A stretch of DNA of 64,000 bases from Clostridiales bacterium (lineage in GTDB: Bacteria; Bacillota; Clostridia; Christensenellales; UBA1242). The notes under the pieces are model-generated. The model had not been told where the DNA came from. It did not search any database and worked only from the letters and a program-made list of their open reading frames with translations. The position numbers were made by a program, and so were the translations under genes. Positions 1 through 8,385 of the stretch are shown in pieces. Numbering within the stretch: position 1 is the first letter of the stretch; each line of letters starts with the position of its first letter. The stretch spans positions 11,869-75,868 of the forward strand of contig SVHI01000002.1 in the NCBI GenBank assembly GCA_015055905.1, in the 5' to 3' direction.

Positions 1-945
1 TTTTGTTGTGATGTAAGAAATATCACTTCCACCATTGATTGAACCAAGCGCAACCTTACCAGAACTGGTTGTGATGTTTGCTTTGCCCCTAATGGTTATA
101 TCTTTTTCTTTATCAACACAAGAGATATCTCCCCAACCTGAACTTGCTGTAAAGTTCTCGCAAGAAAGAATCTTGATGCTTGCATTGTTTGTTGTTGCGT
201 CAATATTTCCTGGAACATCTCTGTTCACAACAATATTTCCACCTGTGCTTTTTAAAATATAGTTGCTAGCATTGATAGCCGCAGCTGTGTCACTGCCAAT
301 ATTGATTGAATTTAAGGTTGTGAGTGAATAAGTGTCTGCCTTAAGGTTGATTGAACTTCCAACTCCACCCGCTGTTTCGATTGTGATTTGATGGAAATAT
401 GGGTCGAAGTTATCCGCCTTTTCATCTGAGAAACTAACGCTTGCTTTATTGGCTTTAACCGTGAAGTCTGTTTGCCCCGCAAGTGTTGTTGACACTGTTA
501 CCGCAGGAATCATAACTGTGAGATATCTTGTTGAGTTTGCATTTTCATAAATGAATTTTTTGAACGATGTAACTTTGATAACAGCAGTTCCGTCATTATC
601 TCTTGAAACTGCGATTGATGGGTCATCAAATTTTGAAGTGGTAAGACCTGAATAGTTGTCATAATAAACAATTTCATATTGCCAGCCTTGTGTGAAGACT
701 ACGTTAACAGGAACATCTTCTGTCTCAACTCTAATTGAGCCTGAAAAGTCACCGCCACCAAGCTCTTCTTTAAGGGCGTCTGCAATTTTGAACCTTTCGC
801 TAACCACGTGAGTGTTTGTTGAAATATATTTTAATCCAAACACTGACATACCTGGAGCCATAAATAAAACAAGTGTAAAAATAGCCACGCATAAAACCGC
901 AATAGCCAGTGTTACAAAAAAGACTGTAGTAAATCTTTTAGCCAT
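1..945 (-). CDS. membrane-anchored beta-rich protein, C-terminal part cut by the window edge (possibly DUF4097/putative-adhesin-like)
   Basis: Minus-strand frame is open from ATG at 943-945 (GAGGTG just upstream) to position 1, in frame (315 codons). It is absent from the ORF track because it has no stop in the window. My hand translation covers roughly the first 95 codons (to about position 661). It starts MAKRFTTVFFVTLAIAVLCVAIFTLVLF (one TM helix), followed by strand-like segments such as GSIRVETEDVPVNVVFTQGW. The rest is inferred open because the track lists no competing minus-strand ORF and only a 75 aa plus-strand one here. Confidence 0.55.
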   Translation of the reverse strand, partial: MAKRFTTVFFVTLAIAVLCVAIFTLVLFMAPGMSVFGLKYISTNTHVVSERFKIADALKEELGGGDFSGSIRVETEDVPVNVVFTQGWQYEIVYYDNYSGLTTSKFDDPSIAVSRDNDGTAVIKVTSFKKFIYENANSTRYLTVMIPAVTVSTTLAGQTDFTVKANKASVSFSDEKADNFDPYFHQITIETAGGVGSSINLKADTYSLTTLNSINIGSDTAAAINASNYILKSTGGNIVVNRDVPGNIDATTNNASIKILSCENFTASSGWGDISCVDKEKDITIRGKANITTSSGKVALGSINGGSDISYITTK

Positions 946-1010
946 TCTTCACCTCATATAGATTTAGTATATCAATATTGTTTTTTATTGTCAAATAAAT
1001 CAAGTTTAAT

Positions 1011-1038
1011 AAAAAAGGAAATACCCTTGGGCATTCCC
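1011..1038 (-). terminator. intrinsic terminator downstream of dnaB
   Basis: Imperfect hairpin ggaaatacccttgggcattcc (1017-1037), followed on the minus strand by a T-run (A-run 1011-1016 on plus). Confidence 0.5.
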
Positions 1039-2661
1039 TTAAAAAATTTCGTCATCTGTTGGAATTTGAACATCTGAAAAATCCACAAGTGGAGGTTCTT
1101 CTGCAATTTCTGGTGGAGGCTCAAGCCCAACCAAATCTTGCTCGATGTCAATTTCATTAACGATACTTCCTGCGGTTTCAGCAAAACTCTTTTCTTTGTT
1201 TTTCTTTGTTTGTTTTGCTTCCTCATTCTTTTCATATTGATTAACAAGGCTTTGCTCGTTTGCATCTTTTTCAAGATTATAGAAACTTGTTCTGCTACCG
1301 TCCCAACCAATATACACGCTTCCTGGTTGACCGTTTCTAAACTTCGCGATAATAAGTTCAGCGGTATAGTTTCCAGTTCTATCCTCTGCAATTTCTTTTG
1401 CGGTCATATCTCTATGGATAAACCAAACCATATCGGCGTCTTGTTCGATTGAACCAGATTCACGAAGGTCTGAAAGCATTGGTTTTGCAGGTTTTCCGTC
1501 TTTTGTGTCACGGCTTTCAACTGAACGGTTGAGCTGACAAAGAGTAATTACTGGAACATTGAGTTCTTTTGCTAAAATCTTCATTTGACGAGAGATACTA
1601 GCAACCTCGTTTTGTCTGTTGTCAGTTTTTTCATCACTCTTCATAAGACCAAGGTAGTCGATAACAACAAGGTCGAGACCTTTTTCTCTTTTAATCTTTC
1701 TACATTTTGATAACACTTGAGCAGGTGTGTTCATAGCGTTGTCATCAATATAGATTTCAGTGTTTTTAAGTTTCTTTTCGGCTTTCCAAATTTTAACCCA
1801 GTCGTTTTCATTAATTTCACCACGAAGGGCTTTTGCCATTGAAACACCCGCAACTGAGAACAACATTCTTTGAACAAGTTGGTCTCTACCCATTTCAAGA
1901 GAGAACACCGCACATTTTGCACCGCGTTCGATTGCAGCATTTGTAACAATGTTCATTGCAAGAGATGTTTTACCAACACCAGGACGAGCCGCTAAAATGA
2001 TAAGGTCGGAATTTTGTAATCCGTTTGTTACTTTGTCGATTTGATAAAAACCTGTTTTTAAACCCTTGAGTGAGTTTGGGTCTTTGTAAATGGTTTCAAT
2101 TTTATTGATAACGTTTTGAAGTGGAACTTCAATGTTTTCAAGAGTTCCTCTTTGACCCTTTTCTGCGATTTCATAAAGAGCCTTTTCTGCTACACCCAAA
2201 ATGGTTTCGTCTGCATCTTTGTCATAGGCTTTTGTGATTGCGTCGCCACAAGTGATTATAAGTTGCCTTAAAACTGAGTCGCGTTTAACAATTTCAACAT
2301 AGTGTGAATAACCCGCAGCAGATGGAACAATGTTTGTGAGTGATGTGATATATGAAATGCCACCCGCGCTATTGATTAAACCTTTATTCTCAAGATAGTC
2401 TGAAACCGACACAAAGTCTACGTTGATTGAGTCTTTTTGCAAATCTCTAATAGCCTTGAAGATATTTTTGTGAGTCTCATTATAAAAGTCAGCCTCTTCA
2501 AGTCTGCCAATAATGTTTAAACAGATTTCAGAGTCAATGAGCGCACAGCCCAAAACCGCTTGTTCTGCTTCAAAATTGTTTGGCAAAACTCTGCCGCCAG
2601 ATTCTAGCGCCTTTTTGAGTTCGTCAACTCTCTTGTTGTTTTTATTTCTGGTTTCAGCCAT
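1039..2661 (-). CDS. dnaB: replicative DNA helicase DnaB with a 75 aa acidic C-terminal extension
   Basis: 540 aa. Walker A ARPGVGKTS, Walker B-like LDLVVIDYLGLM, N-terminal PNNFEAEQAVLGCALID typical of DnaB. GGAGAG Shine-Dalgarno before the ATG. Confidence 0.95.
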   Translation of the reverse strand: MAETRNKNNKRVDELKKALESGGRVLPNNFEAEQAVLGCALIDSEICLNIIGRLEEADFYNETHKNIFKAIRDLQKDSINVDFVSVSDYLENKGLINSAGGISYITSLTNIVPSAAGYSHYVEIVKRDSVLRQLIITCGDAITKAYDKDADETILGVAEKALYEIAEKGQRGTLENIEVPLQNVINKIETIYKDPNSLKGLKTGFYQIDKVTNGLQNSDLIILAARPGVGKTSLAMNIVTNAAIERGAKCAVFSLEMGRDQLVQRMLFSVAGVSMAKALRGEINENDWVKIWKAEKKLKNTEIYIDDNAMNTPAQVLSKCRKIKREKGLDLVVIDYLGLMKSDEKTDNRQNEVASISRQMKILAKELNVPVITLCQLNRSVESRDTKDGKPAKPMLSDLRESGSIEQDADMVWFIHRDMTAKEIAEDRTGNYTAELIIAKFRNGQPGSVYIGWDGSRTSFYNLEKDANEQSLVNQYEKNEEAKQTKKNKEKSFAETAGSIVNEIDIEQDLVGLEPPPEIAEEPPLVDFSDVQIPTDDEIF

Positions 2662-2684
2662 ACTCTCTCCTATTTATTATAGAA

Positions 2685-3188
2685 TTATTGAACAGAAGGA
2701 CCTTGATTTTCGTTAGCGTTTTCTTGTGCTTTTGATTTTCTAAATTTACACATCAAAACATTCAAGAAACTCTTTCCGTTAACTTTTTTGTTGAATTTTT
2801 GAAGGGCTTTTACAGCTTTTTCTGCTTTCATTTGAGAAAGTGCTTCAAGTTGACCGAAGTCTTCAACAACTCTTTCATATCTACCCCAAGCATCTCCACC
2901 CTCTTTCATTGTAGACTCAATATATTCAACAAGTTGAGAGTTGATTTTTGCTGTGTGTGAAATATCAACCATAGCATTACGCATAAGCACATCAAGAGCA
3001 GCACAATCTTCTGGTCTTGAAAGTGTTTTGCTTCCGCCAAGTTCACCAAGCCACTCAGTGATTTCGTGTCTAAGTTTCAACATATCAGTTCTTGCTTTTG
3101 AATCTGATGGGTTAGCGTTGATTGTAACAATCAAGTTTGATTCTCTTCTAATAAATTCTAATAATTTGCTTTCTATTTGTTTTTTCAT
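2685..3188 (-). CDS. hypothetical protein (about 167 aa) immediately upstream of dnaB
   Basis: The ORF track gives 2685-3236. I prefer the ATG at 3186-3188 (MKKQIESK) because GAGG lies about 9 nt upstream. No motif recognised. There is a 23-nt gap to dnaB. Confidence 0.6.
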   Translation of the reverse strand: MKKQIESKLLEFIRRESNLIVTINANPSDSKARTDMLKLRHEITEWLGELGGSKTLSRPEDCAALDVLMRNAMVDISHTAKINSQLVEYIESTMKEGGDAWGRYERVVEDFGQLEALSQMKAEKAVKALQKFNKKVNGKSFLNVLMCKFRKSKAQENANENQGPSVQ

Positions 3189-3328
3189 AATAATTACCTC
3201 GGTTTTAAGTATAACAGCCAAACCCGAGGGTGTCAATATGCAATTTTATGAAAAATTATATTTTTATCATACAATTTTTATATTTTTAAAGCAACAAAAA
3301 AAGAGCCATAGGCTCTTTTGATTTTTGA

Positions 3329-3601
3329 TTACAGTGTTCTGTAAGGAAGGAGAGCCATAACTCTTGCTCTCTTGATTGCGTTTGCAAGTTCTCTTTGGTG
3401 TTTTGCACAAACGCCAGTTGTTCTTCTAGGAATGATTTTACCTTTTTCTGTCATATATTTTCTAAGCTTTGCAACGTTTTTGTAATCGATAACTTCGCTC
3501 TTTTCTGCACAGAAAGCACAAATCTTTTTTGATTCTTTACGGAATTTGCTAGGATTTTTATCATCATAAGAAGAATTATCTTTCTTGAATTTTCTTTCCA
3601 T
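3329..3601 (-). CDS. rpsR: 30S ribosomal protein S18
   Basis: 90 aa. CAFCAEK...[43 protein letters not shown] is the S18 signature region. AAGGAG Shine-Dalgarno. Confidence 0.95.
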   Translation of the reverse strand: MERKFKKDNSSYDDKNPSKFRKESKKICAFCAEKSEVIDYKNVAKLRKYMTEKGKIIPRRTTGVCAKHQRELANAIKRARVMALLPYRTL

Positions 3602-3613
3602 AATTATCTCCTT

Positions 3614-4042
3614 TTAAAATGGTAAATTGTCGTCATCAATTGGTTCGAATTTGTTAACAACGTCATTTTTTCCTGAATTCTTTGAACCAGTTTCATCTGG
3701 AGCGAGTTCATCAGCACCTGAAGAGTTTTTGCTTGCTAAGAATTCAACTTCTTCAGCAACAACTTCAGTTGAGTATCTCTTTGTGCCATCAGTTGCGTCA
3801 TAACTTCTTGTTTGAAGTGAACCAACAACACCACACTTGCTACCTTTTTTAAGATATTTGTAGCAGTTGTCTGCCTGAGCACGCCATACAACAATGTTAA
3901 TAAAATCTGCTTCTCTTTCGCCATCTTGACTAGCAAATCTTCTTTGAACAGCCAAGCTGAAACGGCAAAGTGAAATTCCATTGTTTGTTGTAATAAGTTC
4001 AGGGTCTCTTGTTAAGTTGCCAACTAAAATTACTTTATTCAT
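3614..4042 (-). CDS. ssb: single-stranded DNA-binding protein
   Basis: 142 aa. MNKVILVGNLTRDPEL OB-fold start, Gly/Ser/Asp-rich linker, and C-terminal acidic tip DDDNLPF. Confidence 0.95.
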   Translation of the reverse strand: MNKVILVGNLTRDPELITTNNGISLCRFSLAVQRRFASQDGEREADFINIVVWRAQADNCYKYLKKGSKCGVVGSLQTRSYDATDGTKRYSTEVVAEEVEFLASKNSSGADELAPDETGSKNSGKNDVVNKFEPIDDDNLPF

Positions 4043-4072
4043 AAATTTTCTCCCGAGTTTAAATTTATTAAA

Positions 4073-4354
4073 CTATCTTGCGACAATCATATGTCTAACA
4101 ATGTTTTTGTTAATGTTAAGTTTGTTTGTGATGCCTGCAATAGCTGAATCTTCTGCTTCAAAGTTCATTAAAACATAGAAACCTTCGCTCTTGTAGTTAA
4201 CTGGATAAGCGTATTTGCGAACGCCCCATTTTTCTGGTTCTTCAGTCTTTCCACCAGCTTTTTCAACAAGTTCTTTAACATTCAAAATCACTTTTTCTTT
4301 ATCTTCGTCAGAAATGCTAGCATCGATAATGTATAAGATTTCGTAATTTCTCAT
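4073..4354 (-). CDS. rpsF: 30S ribosomal protein S6
   Basis: The start is moved to the ATG at 4352-4354 (MRNYEILYIID), with AAGGAGG upstream. The longer track ORF runs through the promoter. The order rpsF-ssb-rpsR is canonical. Confidence 0.9.
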   Translation of the reverse strand: MRNYEILYIIDASISDEDKEKVILNVKELVEKAGGKTEEPEKWGVRKYAYPVNYKSEGFYVLMNFEAEDSAIAGITNKLNINKNIVRHMIVAR

Positions 4355-4421
4355 TATTTTCTTGCCTCCTTTTGGACTCATTCGGTTTTTGTGCACGACA
4401 AAAACAAGGAATTGTAATCGA

Positions 4422-4450
4422 ATTATAACACAACATTTTTTGTTTTGCAA
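4422..4450 (-). promoter_or_regulatory. sigma-A type promoter of the rpsF-ssb-rpsR operon
   Basis: The minus strand reads TTGCAA (4445-4450), a 17-nt spacer, then TATAAT (4422-4427). Confidence 0.6.
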
Positions 4451-4566
4451 GTGGTTTTATTCTTTTAATAGACACAATGATTATTTTATTTCTGTTTTTT
4501 ACTTTTTTCCTTTTAAGTTTAATGTTATAATATTATTAAATATATTATATATTTTATATTAGAGAG

Positions 4567-4594
4567 TTGACAGTTTTGGCTCAATTTTTATAAT
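4567..4594 (+). promoter_or_regulatory. sigma-A type promoter of the P-type ATPase gene
   Basis: TTGACA at 4567-4572, a 16-nt spacer, TATAAT at 4589-4594. The ATG is at 4628, preceded by AGAGGG. Confidence 0.55.
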
Positions 4595-4627
4595 TATATT
4601 ATAGAAGTAAATACTTAAGAGGGTATT

Positions 4628-7315
4628 ATGTCAAAGAAGAAAGATTTGAAAAATTTAGAAAATGAATCGCAGAACCTTGCAGATGTTGTTGAAGCCTTAG
4701 AAGCAGAGACAGGTTCACCTGTGCTCGAAAAAACAGTTGCAAATGACATTGTTGAAGAACCTGCGCCAAAAAAGATTTCGAAAAAAGACAAGAAACTCAA
4801 AAAGAATAAAAAAGACAAACTTGTTCAAAAGAAAAAGAAAGTTGAAAAGGCTGACGAACAAGCTTCCGACGACCCATCACTTATGGAAATATTTAAACAA
4901 ATGTTTTCAAGCAAAAAGAAAAAGCCTGAACCAATTATTCAAAAAAGAGTTAAGCGTGTTAAAACCGATTATCAAACAGGTTTAACAAACGACCAAGTTG
5001 CTGAACGTGTTTCTAAAGGACAAACAAATATCACTCCAAACACAAACAACAAAACAATCAAGAGCATAATTTTTGAGAACATTTTCACATTCTTCAATAT
5101 TTTGTGTTTCATTGTTGCTGCAGCGCTTGTTGTTGTTAACATTGTTTATAAACAAAAATGGAACAACTTAATCTTTATGGTAACAATTCTCGTTAACATT
5201 ATAATTGGAATTGTTCAAGAGATTAAAGCGAAACACACAATCGAAAAGTTATCCTTGCTAACTGCACCAGTTGTAAAGGTTGTGAGAGATTCTGTTGAAG
5301 TTAACATTTCTTCAGAAGAAGTTGTTATCGACGACATCGTGATGCTCTCAACTGGAAAGCAAATCGTTGCTGACTGCGTTGTTGTTGAAGGAAACATTGA
5401 AGTTAACGAAAGTGTGTTAACTGGTGAAAGTCTTCCAATTAAGAAAAAAGTTGGCGACACATTGCTCGCTGGAAGCTTTGTTATTTCAGGACACTGCCAC
5501 GCAAGAGTTGAAAAGGTCGGTGCAAACTGCTATATTCAACAACTTGCAATGTCAGCAAAGAAATATCGTAAACCAAAATCAGAACTCTTCACATCACTTA
5601 GAGTTATTATTAAAGTTATTGGTGTTATCATTCTTCCAATCACCGCACTTATGTTCTGGGTTAGTTTCTCACAACCTGGCGCGGACATTATAGACGCGAT
5701 AACCACCACGGCGGGCTCAACAATTGGTATGATTCCTGCGGGAATGTTCCTTCTCTGTTCAGTTTCGCTCACTGTTTCAGTTATTAAACTTGCTCGTAAA
5801 AAAGCACTTGTTCAAGACTTATACTGCGTTGAAATGCTTGCCCGTGTAAACGTTCTCTGCCTTGATAAAACAGGAACTATCACTGATGGCACAATGAAAG
5901 TTTTCAACTGTGTTCAACTTTCAACATCAGACCAAACAATTAAAAGAATTATGGGTTCAATGCTTTCAGCACTTGGCGACAATAACCAAACCAGCCAAGC
6001 ACTCATCAATTACTTTGGATACAACAAAGAAATGACCCCAATAATTACAATTCCATTCTCATCAAGCAGAAAACTTTCAGCTGTTACATTTGATACTTAT
6101 GGAACTTATATTATGGGTGCACCTGAGTTTGTTATTCCAAATATGGAAGATTCAAAACTCAAAACGATGATTGAGCAATATGCAAAAGATGGATATAGAA
6201 CACTTCTTCTTGCACACTCAAACAAATCTATTTCAAAAGACACTCTTCCAGAACAAAGAGAACCAATCGCTCTCATTATCTTGGAAGACCACATTAGAGA
6301 AAATGCCGCAGCAACAATTGCTTGGTTTAAAGACAATAACGTAAAAGTTAAAATCATCTCTGGTGACAACCCACTCACAGTTAGTGAAATTGCTAAACGT
6401 GTTGGTGTTGAAGGAACCGATGCTTTCATTAGCCTTGACGGTCTTAACGAAAAACAAGTTATTGCGGCAGCAAACAAATACACCGTATTTGGTCGTGTTA
6501 CACCTGAACAAAAAGCACTCCTTATTAAAACAATAAAGAGCGACGGAAACACTGTTGCGATGACTGGCGATGGTGTAAACGATATCTTGGCTCTCAAAGA
6601 AGCCGACTGCTCTATCGCAATGGCTAGCGGAAACGAAGCCGTTAGAAGCGTGAGCCATATGGTTTTGATGAACTCAGACTTCTCAAGTATGCCTGACACA
6701 GTTTTAGAAGGAAGAAAGGTTATCAACAACGTTCAAAAAGCATCTTCGTTATTCTTTATGAAAACGCTGTTCTCAATCTTCTTCTCAATAATCGTAATTA
6801 TTCTTGGTTTAACTTATCCATTCACAACCCCAAGAATGTTGATGTTTGAATGGTTCGTAATCGGTATACCATCGTTCATACTGGCGTTCCTGCCGAACAA
6901 TAAACCGATAAGCGGAAAGTTTATTTACAACCTTATTAAAAACGCACTTCCTGGTGCGATTGCACTTGTATTAAATGTTAGTGCTATCTATCTATATAAC
7001 TATATTGTTTATGGAACCGTTGTTGGTGAAGGAATCAACTCTTCAATCTCAACAATGTCAACAATCATTTTAACATTCACTGGTCTTGCAATGCTCTATA
7101 GACTTTGCAAACCATTCAATGGTTTAACCACAACATTGTTTGTATTGATGTTCGCAGTTTGCGGTCTTTGCATCTTGGCTTGGCCAGCATTCTTTGATAT
7201 CATTGCTGTTGGTTCACTTGCATTAGCAGACGTTTTATTCGTAATCGTTCTTGCACTTGTTTCACCAACAATCATCACAGTTTTGTATAAACTAATGGAT
7301 ATCATTAAACTATAA
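4628..7315 (+). CDS. cation-translocating P-type ATPase (E1-E2, HAD-IC type), specificity unknown, with a Lys-rich N-terminal extension
   Basis: 895 aa. Phosphorylation motif DKTGTITDG, hinge motif MTGDGVNDILALKEADCSIAM, actuator TGES. About 10 hydrophobic segments. Confidence 0.9.
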   Translation: MSKKKDLKNLENESQNLADVVEALEAETGSPVLEKTVANDIVEEPAPKKISKKDKKLKKNKKDKLVQKKKKVEKADEQASDDPSLMEIFKQMFSSKKKKPEPIIQKRVKRVKTDYQTGLTNDQVAERVSKGQTNITPNTNNKTIKSIIFENIFTFFNILCFIVAAALVVVNIVYKQKWNNLIFMVTILVNIIIGIVQEIKAKHTIEKLSLLTAPVVKVVRDSVEVNISSEEVVIDDIVMLSTGKQIVADCVVVEGNIEVNESVLTGESLPIKKKVGDTLLAGSFVISGHCHARVEKVGANCYIQQLAMSAKKYRKPKSELFTSLRVIIKVIGVIILPITALMFWVSFSQPGADIIDAITTTAGSTIGMIPAGMFLLCSVSLTVSVIKLARKKALVQDLYCVEMLARVNVLCLDKTGTITDGTMKVFNCVQLSTSDQTIKRIMGSMLSALGDNNQTSQALINYFGYNKEMTPIITIPFSSSRKLSAVTFDTYGTYIMGAPEFVIPNMEDSKLKTMIEQYAKDGYRTLLLAHSNKSISKDTLPEQREPIALIILEDHIRENAAATIAWFKDNNVKVKIISGDNPLTVSEIAKRVGVEGTDAFISLDGLNEKQVIAAANKYTVFGRVTPEQKALLIKTIKSDGNTVAMTGDGVNDILALKEADCSIAMASGNEAVRSVSHMVLMNSDFSSMPDTVLEGRKVINNVQKASSLFFMKTLFSIFFSIIVIILGLTYPFTTPRMLMFEWFVIGIPSFILAFLPNNKPISGKFIYNLIKNALPGAIALVLNVSAIYLYNYIVYGTVVGEGINSSISTMSTIILTFTGLAMLYRLCKPFNGLTTTLFVLMFAVCGLCILAWPAFFDIIAVGSLALADVLFVIVLALVSPTIITVLYKLMDIIKL

Positions 7316-7317
7316 AA

Positions 7318-7349
7318 CAAAAAGAGACGAAAATTTCGTCTCTTTTTTT
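7318..7349. terminator. bidirectional intrinsic terminator
   Basis: aaaaagagacgaaaatttcgtctcttttttt. The GC-containing stem gagacg/cgtctc is flanked by an A-run and a T-run, and it sits between convergent genes. Confidence 0.75.
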
Positions 7350-7356
7350 ATGTCTT

Positions 7357-8322
7357 TTATTCACCTCTTTCACAATTTGAAGGGCTATATCTTTTCACTG
7401 TTCCCCTTGAACAGTTTTCACAACTTCTGTTTTCACCCTCAGCCTCTGGAGTGATTCCAATTTCTTGTGGAGTATAACCTCTATATGGTGTTTTTTCTTC
7501 CCAAGCCTTAACAAACGCTCTTCTTTCAGCCGCTTGTTTTTTTACAACCTCTTCAAGTTCTCTAATTTGTTGAAGATTCAATAACATATATGGTGTTGGT
7601 TCGCTATATTTATCAACAGACTTTCCGTGTTCAACATAATATTTGTATTCTCTAAGTGCAAGCCAGTTTTCTTTAAATTCTTCACTTGCCTTTTCTGGTG
7701 AACCTTTGAAATAAACAACTGGTTCATACGCGTGTCTAAAACCTTCAAGCATATAAGTTCTTCTCCAAAGGTCTGCATTCTTTTCAATACCTTCTTCAAT
7801 AACTTCTCTGTTCATTCCAATTGCGGTTAATGTTTTAACAACTCCACCTCTAAACATAACGTCAACATCTGGGCTAAAGAGAAGCGAGAATTCATCGAAC
7901 CCATTTGGCATAAGCCAATGTTCACCGCCACCTCTCATCCAGTTGATTTGCCACTTAACAATTTCAAGTTCGTAGTTGTGTCTAGCATCAGCAAACTCTG
8001 GTGAAGTTTCAACAAACTCTCTAACAAATCTTGATGGAACATAAATCTTTTTGTCGCTAAGTTTTTCTTGGAAATATTTTGCAAGCCACGCATTGTCTCT
8101 CAAATGGCAAGGCAAATACATTTTTGAAACTTCGCTTGGTCTTTTGAAACAAGAACTATACCAAATGCCTGTTTCAGGGAACAAACTTTTAACTTCTTCG
8201 TTCAAAATAGCAATAGCGTCTTCTTTGTTCATTCCTTTTTTAACATCTTCATAAACAGGTTCAAGTTGTTCACTTTCAACCTTTTCAATTTTCTTTTTTC
8301 TAAATCTATCAAATAAACCCAT
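7357..8322 (-). CDS. hypothetical protein (321 aa) with a Cys-containing C-terminal tail
   Basis: Start chosen at the ATG at 8320-8322 (MGLFDRFRKKK), with GGGAGG upstream. No family recognised. The C-terminus is NRSCENCSRGTVKRYSPSNCERGE. Confidence 0.6.
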   Translation of the reverse strand: MGLFDRFRKKKIEKVESEQLEPVYEDVKKGMNKEDAIAILNEEVKSLFPETGIWYSSCFKRPSEVSKMYLPCHLRDNAWLAKYFQEKLSDKKIYVPSRFVREFVETSPEFADARHNYELEIVKWQINWMRGGGEHWLMPNGFDEFSLLFSPDVDVMFRGGVVKTLTAIGMNREVIEEGIEKNADLWRRTYMLEGFRHAYEPVVYFKGSPEKASEEFKENWLALREYKYYVEHGKSVDKYSEPTPYMLLNLQQIRELEEVVKKQAAERRAFVKAWEEKTPYRGYTPQEIGITPEAEGENRSCENCSRGTVKRYSPSNCERGE

Positions 8323-8385
8323 TGTGGTTCCTCCCTTAATGCCCGACCAGTATACCACATAGTTTTTTTAATTTCAATACCCAAC

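Noticed and set aside
4355-4450. N-terminal extensions given by the ORF track for several genes. These are rpsF to 4450, the SDR to 28473, the Alp to 16395, the hypothetical at 34017 back to 33891, cvpA to 59761, ftsH from 59902 and glgA to 40986.
   Set aside because: In each case an internal ATG is preceded by a clear GGAGG-type site and gives the conserved family N-terminus. The extension runs through a promoter, a terminator or the neighbouring gene.
6106-6729. Long antisense ORFs inside well-supported genes. These are 6106-6729 and 6233-6658 in the ATPase, 972-1391 and 1138-1452 in dnaB, 14658-15053 in the low-complexity gene, 41629-42099 in glgB and 60303-60722 in ftsH.
   Set aside because: They have no ribosome-binding sites, odd composition (for example a His/Trp-rich mirror of a Met/Pro-rich gene), and are fully nested in genes with clear catalytic motifs. 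Such ORFs are expected by chance in AT-rich DNA with few stop codons on the antisense strand of Lys/Glu-rich genes.
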